The notes: generated from the sequence alone by a model not told the origin. Shown: positions 34,032-45,027, numbered from the whole stretch's first letter. The stretch: DNA of 60,361 nucleotides, filler included, from Aduncisulcus paluster (GCA_024181965.1; 4 parts of 4 records of this genome joined end to end with filler, not necessarily neighbours in it), one strand, 5' to 3'. Numbers and translations: made by a program.

Positions 34032-35383
34032 TTAAAAATCATTATGTAACCGTAACAGCTCATCTATAAGGGGTGTTGCAGGAAAGAAAAGACTTCTGGT
34101 AGCTCCAACAACATGGGGTGCAGATGGAGCAATAAAATGTCCGATATTAGAAAATCTTTTAACACTTCTTCTCACATCATATGCGTCAATGTGTGAGACT
34201 GTCTTGACAATCTTACAAGGAGCAACTTGGCAAGCCAAATGTAAATCGGGTCTATAAAAGTCATCGTAAAACGTAAGATCTGATTTTACAAGAGAAGCAG
34301 GAGAATAACTGGAAGATTTTGACAATGAAGATATAGTTTGTTGAGAATTACGAGATTGATTGGATTTTGTGAGCAATTGGACTTGACCTAACTTCAAGGG
34401 TGTTTGTGAAGAAGAAGAGGGAGAAGAAGAGGGAGAGGAAGAGGAAGATAATATTTTTTGACGCTTATTTTGGACATCTTGAGAAACTTTGGCCACAGCT
34501 TCAATCAAATTACCAAGCAATACAAGGTCATAATCGACAGCTTTTCCATCCCATTGATTTATCGAAATAACTTTAGTGCCATCAGAAAACAATGAAGTGG
34601 GCGTAATCCGATTCAACAATTGCTTTTTCTGACGTTGTATTTTTTTCATAAATTGGGTTTCGTTTGAAAATGATTTAAATCCACATTTTCCAAGCAGATT
34701 TCCAGTGACTTTGGACAAAACACTTCCAAGACCGACTATATTTTTACCCATGAATCCCCATAATCGTCCAATGGAAGATTCTTTCATATTATCGTAAAAA
34801 CCGGTTGTTGTGACACCAATCACAGTGCCAGCCGAAGCTTCTGCTTTCCGACCCAATTTAGTTCCAGCATTCGCAGCAATCACAGCACAGCCCCCGTTAT
34901 TTCCTGGAATTCCCCCAAATAAACCATAACGGGGCACAAGAATATGACTGCTTCGAAGGGCATGTTTAACACATATTTTCTCAGGATCGAGAGAGGCGAG
35001 AGTTCTGGTTCCAACAATATGAGGTCTAGCAGTGGCAAGAACTATTTCACAATAGCGAGATATCCGTTTTATAAAATCTTCCGCGCCAGGACGGGTGATT
35101 ACCTGTGAAGCACCATTCGGTAATTTCTTTGTCGCAAAAATTGTTGAATCAACATCTAAAATAATGGTTAAAACGTGGTCGATGTCTCTTGGTTTATCAA
35201 TCTTCGAAATGCATGATTTTGGGATAAATGATTTTCGAACTGAATACAAATCTTGCAGCGTTTTCCTTCCTTCCTTGAATCCAACATAATATGTTCCATA
35301 ATAGGCTAAAAATATTTGTTAGTACAGAGATATATAAGGGATAAAATAAATTCCTTTAAAATTATCTTAATTTAAGAACCCAT
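34032..35383 (-). CDS. FCP1/SCP (NIF) HAD-family phosphatase-like protein; predicted intron 35306-35379
   Basis: LTIILDVDSTIF (DxDxT), RPGAEDFIKRISRYCEIVLATA, LDPEK, ISINQWDGKAVDYDL. ATG-G/GTTCTT..TACTAAC..TTTAG splicing gives 426 codons in frame. Confidence 0.8.
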
Positions 35384-35856
35384 CAGCAAAACAATATTTC
35401 ACCATGTTCAGAAATGTCTGCCAGGGATAACTGTTTTAAAAAATCTCATCCTGGGGTAAAAGATTAAGTTTAGGTTGGAATCTAAACTTAAATCGGCAAG
35501 AAAAGTTATGATTGTGATTGGATTGTTTGATTTATATTTAGACATCATGAGTGGATGTGATTTCTTATTAATCCTGTGTTTATGAAAATAATTAAAGAAA
35601 TATTTTAAAGAGATTGTTTTTTTAATCAATAAAAATTTCGACGATTCAAAATTTTCTTTCGAAATGGGCGATGTTCCTCTATATCAACAAATCAGACTAT
35701 TAAAGGAAATCGCCATTATGTATTGTATTATATTTGATTAATCTTCGCTTGTTAAAATGCTTAAATTAGTAAATAATGCTTCCTCTGAACTATGGAGATT
35801 TTTTTGCCTTTGGGGCTGCTTCATTCAATTTGCATGAACCTTTTTTTATGGATTAA

Positions 35857-37080
35857 ATGTTAGAATCCATATTTGAAGGATTTATCGATGGTATTATCCA
35901 TATATCCATTGCCATGAATGAGATAGTTGATATGAAAATCAGGACACGATGTATTCATGGATTTCGACAAAATAAGCTTTCTCCATCCCATCCTTTTTAT
36001 CATTATCTCGAATTCATTCGTCAATATATTAAACATCTCCTTGAACCCCCATCATATTTTCGTTTAGAGTTTCTATTTGATGGTGCTGTTGAATCGGGGT
36101 TTTCTTCTTCAATTGGTGATTTTCACCGAAGAATATCTCGTTATTCAGTCCCTCCCTTTCTCCATCAACGTTGTATTTCGCTATTTCTTGATGTTCATTC
36201 CCTTTCTTCCTGTTTCACCCTTTCATCTGATCTTCTTGGACTTGCCAAAGTTCACATTGATGCAACTTACCGCGCTATCCTTTATGCTATGATTGTGGAT
36301 AAAAAATCAAAGATCCAAGAATGCTGGAAATGGATGAAAACTGCTCCTCCTCCGTCTGATGAAGTCAGCATCAGAGAAAATCTCAACATGTCCTTTGACG
36401 ATGCACCTGAGATATCGATGCCTAGTAGGAGACCGACATCAACAAACCCAACGGATGTACATCCCGTTCCCATAGTTGGCAGATCACTAGAGCATCCATC
36501 CAGTTATAATAATAACAATACTGTAGACTCATCATCTGCATCAACAATATCTGCATCTACAATAGCTGCATCTACAATATCAGCATCAACAATATCTGCA
36601 TCAAAAACAGGTTTAGATGACAGTGTTTATGATGATAGTCATTATAAACGGGAGAAAAGGGACGAAGGAGAGGGAGAAGAAAGAGAGGAAGAGGAAAGAG
36701 AGGAAGATGAAGGAGAAAAAGAGGAGGATAGTAGTATGGATTTTCCGATGCCAAGGTCTCAATCTGCTTACTCTGGGTCAGATACCGGTTTCTTGGGCCA
36801 GAAAGTAGTGCATAATCGTTCAATACATACATATTTATATTCTTCCAGTCAAAAAACTCCAATTTCTCATATGAGTCTTGATGAACAGCATTGTATGTCC
36901 TTTTCTTTCCCGGGGGGACAACGTATTCGCAAAGAAACACCCAAAAATACGGCATGGATTGAACGTAAAGTTGATTCTATCTATTCATTTCTTATTGAAG
37001 AGTGTAATATCAGTATTAATGTTGGATTGATTACAGGAGTTGTAAAAGTTCCAACTATCGGACATTATAAACGAGAATAA
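35857..37080 (+). CDS. Hypothetical protein with acidic low-complexity insert
   Basis: 407-codon ORF; 5' end uncertain. Confidence 0.7.
   Translation: MLESIFEGFIDGIIHISIAMNEIVDMKIRTRCIHGFRQNKLSPSHPFYHYLEFIRQYIKHLLEPPSYFRLEFLFDGAVESGFSSSIGDFHRRISRYSVPPFLHQRCISLFLDVHSLSSCFTLSSDLLGLAKVHIDATYRAILYAMIVDKKSKIQECWKWMKTAPPPSDEVSIRENLNMSFDDAPEISMPSRRPTSTNPTDVHPVPIVGRSLEHPSSYNNNNTVDSSSASTISASTIAASTISASTISASKTGLDDSVYDDSHYKREKRDEGEGEEREEEEREEDEGEKEEDSSMDFPMPRSQSAYSGSDTGFLGQKVVHNRSIHTYLYSSSQKTPISHMSLDEQHCMSFSFPGGQRIRKETPKNTAWIERKVDSIYSFLIEECNISINVGLITGVVKVPTIGHYKRE
36532..36603 (+). repeat. 15-bp coding tandem repeat (ASTIS) x4
   Basis: GCATC(A/T)ACAATA(TCT/GCT/TCA) repeated. Confidence 0.8.
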
Positions 37081-37271
37081 ATTTTAGTTACATTGTTTTA
37101 TATGTTTTGGATTGTTAATTTCGATTTGGCGGATAGTTTTTTTTCGAGAAAATACAAATCATGTTTTGCTCGCCAAAGAAGGAAACAAGCTTCAATTTAA
37201 GTAACTTTTTTTTGAGGAAATAATAGTTTGATTGTCTTTATTGCAATAATTTATTGAAATATATTTAATTT

Positions 37272-38366
37272 ATGGGAGTTAGTGAAAAAATTGCTGAGAT
37301 TGAGTTCGAGATGGCCAGGACTCAAAAAAATAAGGCCACAGAACATCATTTAGGAATGCTTAAAGCTAAACTTGCGAAATTACAACATCAACTCCTTGAG
37401 CAAGGCTCTGCTAAAGGACCCAAAGGTGAAGGATTTGATGTAGCCCGTAGTGGATCAGCCACCGTAGCCTTGATAGGTTTCCCATCTGTAGGAAAGTCAA
37501 GTCTCCTTGCGTCCATCACAGATGCCAAGTCTGAAGCAGCAGCCTATGAATTTACGACTTTGACCACTGTCCCCGGTATAATGCGTCTAAATGATAGCCA
37601 AATACAGGTTCTTGATCTTCCCGGTATCATTGAGAATGCTGCCGATGGAAAAGGTCGTGGAAGACAGGTAATTGCCGTTTCTCGGACAGCCGACCTTGTT
37701 TTGATGATGCTTGATGCTCAAAAGGCCACTTATCAACGTGAAAGACTGACATACGAGATGTGGAAGATGGGAATTCGGTTAAATGAACCGCCTCCAGATG
37801 TCACAATAACTAAACGAAAGTATGGTGGGTTCAAATTCAATTCCATTGTTAAGCAGAGTGTCCTCACTGAAGATTTGGCGCGTAAAATTGCGCACACATA
37901 CCGTTTATTCCATTGTGAGATCCTTGTACGTGAAGATATCACTGTTGATCAATTTATCGATGCCCTGGAAGGAAACAGAGTGTATATCCCTTGTTTATAT
38001 GTTGTTAACAAAGCAGACGCAATTTCCATTGCAGCATGTGAACATTTCGCTGCTTTACCGGACACTGTGCTCACCTGTGTCAAATGGGCATCCAATCTTG
38101 ACTTTCTCAAACAGCGAATATGGGAAAAACTCGGGTTAATTCGGATATATTTGAAAAAAAAGGGGGAACCGATTGATCCAATTGACGATCTTCTTATTTT
38201 GAAAAATGGGTCATCGGTGACGGAAGTATGCCGGAAATTGCATCGTGATCTCGCAGATAGCATTAAATCGGCCAAAATTTGGGGTACGAGTGTTAAACAT
38301 GAAGCTCAAAGAGTTGGTATGGGACATATTGTTGAAGATGGCGATGTTATAACACTTATTAAATAA
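37272..38366 (+). CDS. DRG2: Developmentally regulated GTP-binding protein 2 (Obg family, TGS domain)
   Basis: EMARTQKNKATEHHLG, VALIGFPSVGKSS, YEFTTLT, DLPGII, GRGRQVIAVSRTADL, NKAD, WGTSVKH..QRVG. Confidence 0.95.
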   Translation: MGVSEKIAEIEFEMARTQKNKATEHHLGMLKAKLAKLQHQLLEQGSAKGPKGEGFDVARSGSATVALIGFPSVGKSSLLASITDAKSEAAAYEFTTLTTVPGIMRLNDSQIQVLDLPGIIENAADGKGRGRQVIAVSRTADLVLMMLDAQKATYQRERLTYEMWKMGIRLNEPPPDVTITKRKYGGFKFNSIVKQSVLTEDLARKIAHTYRLFHCEILVREDITVDQFIDALEGNRVYIPCLYVVNKADAISIAACEHFAALPDTVLTCVKWASNLDFLKQRIWEKLGLIRIYLKKKGEPIDPIDDLLILKNGSSVTEVCRKLHRDLADSIKSAKIWGTSVKHEAQRVGMGHIVEDGDVITLIK

Positions 38367-39361
38367 TGATTAGATTCTAAATTGTTTAATATATTAATAT
38401 AAAATTTACTAAATAAATAAAAAAAATAAAACAGTTTAGATCGATGATAAATCTAAAGTAGCTTCAACCTGATCATCGTGCATCTATGCAATGATTGTAT
38501 GGGCCATGAGAAGTTTGTCCTTTCCTCTTCAAGAGGAAACCTGAAATTCAGGTGTCATGGGTCGTCGTGCTGCCTCCTTCCTTGGAAAATTCATCTTTGA
38601 CTATGGTAAGAAGTCGGTGAGGGTCTGTCTGTGCCTAATGGCGCGCAAGTGGTGTTTATGAGCCACCTCAGTCGGCTACTGATGACGTCCGATGCAGTCT
38701 TGCCATGGCTATTGCCGGCCGATGTGCGGAATGCTCTAAGAACCTAAATAGTAAAACGCATTTTTAGCTATCACGAATGATTCTAGTAGAAGTTCTCATA
38801 ATAAATCCGTTTCATGAGGATCATAATGATATTTAAAGGAGTATAGAATAATACTATAATATTATACTATATTCAACGTATTATTTTCTATAATTCTAAT
38901 GCTGTTTTTGATTGATTGGTAATCTTTGATAGGGTGATTCACCATATTGCTACAATAAAGATTGCTATAATCTGGATCTTGTTCATCAGCGCATGTATAT
39001 ATTTAACGAATAAGTTGGAGAAACCCTATCAGCATAGATCACATTGGAGAGACTAGATAAGTTTGTGTGATCCACATGGGATCCTGTTTGACCACTCTTG
39101 GCATGGAGGCAGTTCATTGATTTGAGGGTATAAAAGAGATTCACCGACAAGGGAGAGGGCGACGTGACGGGCTTCATGGGCAGACTTCGACAAATTTCTT
39201 CGTCCAGTCCAGGAACTCCCCTCTTGGCATGGACGAGGGAATGCTGACCCTCAGCAACATCATTCCAGTCACACATGATTCAACCAATATGACACGCTAA
39301 GGGGTTGGTTGTATGTAGATTGGTGTTAGAAGATGTGTTGATAGTTCATCTTTGGGGTATG

Positions 39362-39773
39362 AGTTACTATTTCTTTATAGTAGAGCTTTGACATATGATA
39401 GATGCCCCACATTCCAAAGACAAGGACATAGAGCAGTGAACTAGTACAAAGCTCAGTATCAAATGAATTTAATGATCAGGATCTGGCATTGAAATGTTGG
39501 ACAAGAGTAAACTGAAAGGAGCAAAGAGAAAGAGATGTTCTATAAAACAACTCATGTTTAAGCGCTAGTTGTTGGTGGTGTGTTTTGCGTTCGAGAATGT
39601 TATCTGGTAGTTTATCTTTAGAGTTTATAGGATGTGTTACTATTTCTTCATGGTAGTGCTTTGACATATGATCAATATGATAGATGCCGACATTCCAAAG
39701 ACAAGGAACATAGAGCAGTGAAATAGCACAAATCTCAGTATTAAATGTATCGGATGATCAGGATCTGGCATTG
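39362..39773 (+). repeat. Diverged direct repeat of about 135 bp, two copies (about 39362-39491 and 39636-39773)
   Basis: Shared blocks GTTACTATTTCTT, GCTTTGACATATGAT, ACATTCCAAAGACAAGGA, CATAGAGCAGTGAA, ATGATCAGGATCTGGCATTG. Confidence 0.85.
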
Positions 39774-40352
39774 GAGTTGGAGTTGGATTTGACTGCGGGG
39801 AAATGTCATGTTCCATGAAGCATCAGGGGATTAGATTCGTAGCAGTATACAGACATACGTATACCATCGTATTCCGAGTTCTTGATATTTTTGATTGTAA
39901 GCAAAAGCAAGTGAAAATGAAACAGAAAGGCAAAGATAAGGATAGAAATGAAATGGAAATATATCCATGTTATTGAATAGCATTGAAATCGTTCATAAAT
40001 GTTCTTGACGCGTGAAATGGAACTATATCCAGTCCTGAGGGTTCTCCAAAAGCCTGAGATATCGAGAATAAACACCATGGCATGGAAATGGAAATAAAAC
40101 ATGTTTTTATCATTTACCAGCATTTAACTCGTTTATATGCGTTTTTTTTAAATTTTTCAATCTTATCTATTGAAGGGTTGCTTGTTCAGTCTGTTGGCGC
40201 AGATGTCCATTTTTTCTCGTCGTACAAGCAAATTGTATGTTTACTATATGTCACATCTTTTATTAAATGTATATTAAGAAATATTTTAACCGGATTCATT
40301 CATTATTCTGCTTGTTTTTATATTTTAGATAAGAAATTCTATCTCTATTCAA

Positions 40353-41597
40353 ATGAGTTCATCCACAGATGCTGTTAGTCAAACTGTAGAACCTGAGTTT
40401 GTTCATGAAGGATATCGCTATTGTTGTCCAGTTCCAGGAGATTCCCCCAATGTTAAGAGTGCAGCATTTCCAACAATCAAAGCAATTGATGGAACCAAGG
40501 AAGAAGGTGATTGTGAGTACGATCAGAGTTATAATGCACAAAGGATGATGAAAGGAGGGTATATTTTAAGACAAGTTACCCAAATCTCCATTCCTTTCTC
40601 TTCATCTTCCCCAATGAAAGGGGCTTATATCTGTCTTGATGGTGATTCTTCACCTCCATCACACCTTATCTTCACTCTCACATCTTCAAATGGTGATAAA
40701 ACATCCAAGAAATACGATTTTCCTGAATTTCATCGTATTCATAAATTTGAAAATTATCGTTGGTATTTCCTTCCTGTTGATCTCCCTGATGTTGTTCTGT
40801 GTGAGATTACAGGGAAAGGAAGAGAGAAAGAGTTTTTTGGAATCCTCTCCCTTGTTTTCATAAGAGATGAAACTCCTGAAGAAATCACATCTCGTGAAGC
40901 CAGAGAGAAACTATGGTCTGAAGCTCCGATTGTGAAACCAGAGTTTGTTAAGGAAGGTGGTAGAGATTCTTTTCTCATTCTACGAGATGATCCAAAGCTT
41001 GTTGATCCTTCATTCTCAATGGTTAAGTGCAAGAATGATTCGGTGAGTAAGGAATCTATGGATTATGATCAGAGTTCAACAGCACAAAGAATGTTAAAAG
41101 GGGAGGATTATGTTGAATTATCCCATCTTTCCATCCCTTTCCCATCACCTAGTCCAATGAAAGGTGCTCATATCTGTGTTCATCAGCGTTGGAGTTCACC
41201 CTCTCTTCTCTTCACTTTCACTGATTGTGATGGTAAGAAGATAAACAAAAAGTATGAATTCGCAGAACACGAACATGGATATGAATGGCACTTCCTTCCT
41301 ATTGATTTGTATAACGTTGTATTGTGTGAGATTGAAGGGAAAGGAAGGTGTGAAGATAAGAACAGTCGAAGTTTCTACATCGAATCCCTTGTTTTCCTTC
41401 GAGGTGATGATATTCCCACCTCTCCTCCTCTTCTTACTCCTGTTCCTGTTCCTTCCATTTCCTCCAAGACACCCACATCAGCTTTGTCTTTGCCATCAAA
41501 ACCTGTGAGAAGAAGAAGAAGAAGAAGAAGACTCTATTCAAATGAGTTCATCCGCAGATGCTGTTATTCAAACCGTGGAACCTGTGTTTGTTTATAA
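40353..41597 (+). CDS. Lineage-expanded two-domain repeat protein, tandem unit 1
   Basis: Two copies of YDQS..AQRM.KG..SIPF.S.SPMKGA.IC..FT.T..G.K..KKY.F..W.FLP.DL..VVLCEI.GK. Confidence 0.85.
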   Translation: MSSSTDAVSQTVEPEFVHEGYRYCCPVPGDSPNVKSAAFPTIKAIDGTKEEGDCEYDQSYNAQRMMKGGYILRQVTQISIPFSSSSPMKGAYICLDGDSSPPSHLIFTLTSSNGDKTSKKYDFPEFHRIHKFENYRWYFLPVDLPDVVLCEITGKGREKEFFGILSLVFIRDETPEEITSREAREKLWSEAPIVKPEFVKEGGRDSFLILRDDPKLVDPSFSMVKCKNDSVSKESMDYDQSSTAQRMLKGEDYVELSHLSIPFPSPSPMKGAHICVHQRWSSPSLLFTFTDCDGKKINKKYEFAEHEHGYEWHFLPIDLYNVVLCEIEGKGRCEDKNSRSFYIESLVFLRGDDIPTSPPLLTPVPVPSISSKTPTSALSLPSKPVRRRRRRRRLYSNEFIRRCCYSNRGTCVCL

Positions 41598-42585
41598 AGG
41601 ATCGGGGGTTTGTTGTCCAGTTCCAGGAGATGCTTCCAATATTAAGAGTGCAGACTTTCCAACAATCAAAGCAATAGATGGAACCAAGGAAGAAGGTGAT
41701 CGTGAGTACGATCAGAGTTCTTGGGCACAAAGGATGATGAAAGGAGAGGGTAATACAGGACATTTTACCCATATCTCCATTCCTTTCTCTTCATCTTCCC
41801 CAATGAAAGGGGCTTATATCTGTCTAGATGATGAATTTTTACTCCCAACACATCTCATCTTCACTCTCACATCTTCAAAGGGTGAGAAAACATCCAAGAA
41901 ATACGATTTTCTTCAATTTAAAGATGTTCTTTGGTTTTTCCTTCCTGTTGATCTCCCTGATGTTGTTCTGTGTGAGATTACAGGGAAAGGAAGAGAGAAA
42001 GAGTGTTTTAATATCCTCTCCCTTGTTTTCATCAGTAGAGAAGAAACTCCTGAAGAAATCAAATCTCGTGAAGCCAGAGAGAAACTATGGTCTGAAGCTC
42101 CAGTTGTGAAACCAGAGTTTGTTAAGGAAGGAGGTATAAAATATATTCCCATTCCACGAGATGATCCAAAGCTTGTAGATCCTTCATTCTCAATGGTTAA
42201 GTGCAAGAATGATGCGTTTAGTAAGGAATCTGTGGATTATGATCAGAGTTCAACAGCACAAAGAATGTTAAAACGGGGAGGTAGTGTTTACTTATCCCAT
42301 CTTTCCATTCCTTTCCCATCACCTAGTCCAATGAAAGGTGCTTATATCTGTGTGGATGAATGGCATAGTTCACCCTCTCTTCTCTTCACTTTCACTGATT
42401 GTGATGGTAAGAAGATATTCAAGAAGTATGAAATCGCAGTATTTGAACATCAAGGTTATGAATGGTATTTCCTTCCTATTGATTTGGATAATGTTGTATT
42501 GTGTGAGATTGAAGGGAAAAGAATGCGGATTGATAAGAATAGTCGATGTTTCTGCATCTACTCCCTTGTATTTACTATGCCATAG
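41542..42585 (+). CDS. Lineage-expanded two-domain repeat protein, tandem unit 2 (probably the same gene as unit 1 across a frameshift)
   Basis: Near-identical paralog of 40353-41400; its frame extends upstream as EEEEEEEEDSIQM. Confidence 0.85.
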   Translation: MSSSADAVIQTVEPVFVYKGSGVCCPVPGDASNIKSADFPTIKAIDGTKEEGDREYDQSSWAQRMMKGEGNTGHFTHISIPFSSSSPMKGAYICLDDEFLLPTHLIFTLTSSKGEKTSKKYDFLQFKDVLWFFLPVDLPDVVLCEITGKGREKECFNILSLVFISREETPEEIKSREAREKLWSEAPVVKPEFVKEGGIKYIPIPRDDPKLVDPSFSMVKCKNDAFSKESVDYDQSSTAQRMLKRGGSVYLSHLSIPFPSPSPMKGAYICVDEWHSSPSLLFTFTDCDGKKIFKKYEIAVFEHQGYEWYFLPIDLDNVVLCEIEGKRMRIDKNSRCFCIYSLVFTMP

Positions 42586-42904
42586 GAAACCATTGCAGCT
42601 GAACGAGTATCTCTACTTCCATGGAAATAATTAAAGAAATTGTATAAAATGCTAATATTGTGTGAAGAATAATAATAAAAAATACACACACATAAGATAT
42701 GTGGGCCAGGGGATGTTTCATTTCCAGGAAATCTAAATAAAATAAAGTAAAAAACAAATATAACCCCGAGGGTGTAGAATTTCAGATCATATATCTAATG
42801 ACAACTGTACATCTCACATATCCTATACAATACTGTGCTATCCTATCCTATACTGGTTGAACATCAAATGAAACTGAGAACGGATGACTAAACAATAGGG
42901 ATAT

Positions 42905-43020
42905 GAAGCATCATGGAGCATCATGTATAAGAATAGATCAGAATAGATCAGCATAGATCATCATGGAACATCATGGAGCATCATAGATCAGCATGAATCA
43001 GCATAGAGAGTATCATGATC
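42905..43020 (+). repeat. Degenerate 10-bp tandem repeat (AGCATCATGG / ATCAGCATAG)
   Basis: About 11 units such as agcatcatgg, atcagaatag, atcagcatag, atcatcatgg, aacatcatgg. Confidence 0.8.
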
Positions 43021-43037
43021 GATGATTGATAGATATC

Positions 43038-43522
43038 CTATTGGCCATAAGATTTCCTCTTTTTCATCTTTTTAGATATCTCCATTGTCTTGAACGATCT
43101 CCGTTTCGCAGATTTTTGTTTCTCAATCGCGGCTTTCTTGATCGCTTTTTCTTCTTTTCTCGAGACTTCTTGGAGAAACGACCTATTCATTGGTTTACGC
43201 TCTTCTCCTTCTTTTGAGTCTTTTGGTTTCAAACTAATACCGTCAGATTCCGTCTTTCCTTGGATCAAGGCTTGTAAATTTGTATGATAAGTCTCAACTT
43301 CGGGATTGAAGCCTCCAAAACTTCTCCTTCCTGCGTAATAGAAGATTTTGATTTTTGATTTGTGTTCTTCTTTCTTTTTGTCATCTTGAAAAAACTAAAT
43401 ATGACGGGATCAACCAATAATAATGAAATCATAAACAAAGTTGGATCAAATCAATAAAATCGAACAAATGGAAAATGGAAACGTACTGAAAATCTTTCAA
43501 GATCCTTATCTTTGCTCATCAT
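43038..43522 (-). CDS. MPHOSPH6: MPP6-like nuclear exosome cofactor (130 aa); intron 43395-43486
   Basis: Exon 1 MMSKDKDLERFS, a GTACGT..TTAG intron, then exon 2 FFQDDKKKEE..AGRRSFGGFNPEVE. GR.SF.GFNPEVE is the MPP6 signature; basic C-terminus. Confidence 0.75.
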
Positions 43523-44059
43523 TTTTCTAGTTCCGGTCCAAAAGACAACACAAAATCGGGATTTAAATATGTATTGGTTTACATCCGTATAAATAGAACA
43601 TCCTCCCAGATCTTTGTGATTGAAACCTTCCTTTAGATCAATTAAATTTATTACAATTTGTATTGTTTGTTTGTAAGCTATAACAAACTCCAAGAACCAA
43701 TTCCTGGACGATATGATAACTTTCAAAGACAACTAAATGTCATGAATGGAAGTTATATCCATACTTGACGAGATATTAATCACTGTAAATGCTTTTTAAT
43801 AATACTGTGGATGAAGAAATGAAAAACACCATCTTGTGGCTCATTACTTGATATAATTCATCCATATATCATTGTATTGTTATAACCATAATAATACCAA
43901 AAAAATAACATTTCTTGAAATAACTGAACTAACTCGATCCATCTCTTTTTTTCAAAAATTAAAAAATAACTTTTTAACAAAAGGTGGAATTAAGAATCTA
44001 AGAATTAAGAAATCGCTCATTCTTCTTTTCATTATCACAACACCTACTTAGATCATTCC

Positions 44060-45027
44060 ATGGCCAAAAAATCATCTAAATGCTACAACTATATGAAACA
44101 TGATTCAGCGAACAAGCTTATCTTGCGAGAAGGAAAAGTGATCTGTGATATTGGTTGTTGTGGGAAACTCTTAACATGCACTTCCAGTGTGATTTCCTTG
44201 CATTTGAAACGAATGCATCACATCAACATTTCAAAGCAATGCACTAAATCTACGGCTATCACCGCACCCACAGCAACGATTACTGATGGCACTACTTCTT
44301 CTCCTCCAACTGTTCATTCACATTCCCAATCACCACTACATTCCGAATTGTCTGCATCCTTCCCCAAAGCTGATAGTCAACAACAACATCATTCAACATC
44401 ACCAGACCCACACTCATCACATCCACACTCATCACATGTTTATCCATCCTCAGACTCTTGTCCCTCAACCATTCATCACATCTCACATGACACTCTGTGT
44501 AAGTTCGTGTTTAAATATTCCCTCCCATCGTGTGTGTTCACAGATCCAATATTTGACCTTGGTTCCTCATCGCTTTCTGGTGTTTCCTCATTGGATTCTT
44601 CCTCAGTGGATTCTTCTTGTTCTAATTTTAGAACTAGAACTGGAACTGGAACTGGAACTAAAATTAGAACAGGAGCAGGATTAGGAGCAGGAGTAGGAGC
44701 AAGAGCAGGAGCAGGATTAGAAAAATGCAGCTGTCCCTCTGTTCCATTGTCCTTACTTCAGCAGTCGTTGTCAACCTCTCATGAAGACCCTCTGTTGAAA
44801 CTTAAGCAACAATATCGTTTGTGTGAATCACATATAGGCACTAAATATCCCATGGCTGTCCGCTCTTGGCAGACTAACTTTGAGTATAAATATAGAATTG
44901 CACATGCGGATAGCTCCCAGCATCGAGTAGTTGGATGCAAGAGAAGAGAAGAGGAAGAGGGAGAGGAAGAAGGAGGAGAGGAAGTTGAGGTTTCGAGTGT
45001 TGATGACAACCAATCGTGCTCTTCTTC
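44060..45027 (+). CDS. BED zinc-finger protein derived from a hAT transposase N-terminus, truncated at scaffold end
   Basis: CDIGCCGKLL..SVISLHLKRMH (BED-like), then LCKFVFKYSLPSCVFTDPIF (hAT dimerisation-type motif). Confidence 0.6.

Noticed and set aside
37272-38366. Hexamitid-type TAA/TAG=Gln code as an explanation for split ORFs
   Set aside because: DRG2, ZIP and RMND5 end at TAA at the expected positions, and the splits are frame changes, not in-frame stops.
40203-40333. Possible upstream exon and GTATGT intron for the 40353 gene
   Set aside because: The best acceptor (TTTTAG) gives an immediate stop; only a weaker AAG acceptor keeps frame, so it is left uncalled.
42905-43020. CRISPR-like array
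   Set aside because: Contiguous 10-bp units without unique spacers, eukaryotic context, no cas genes.
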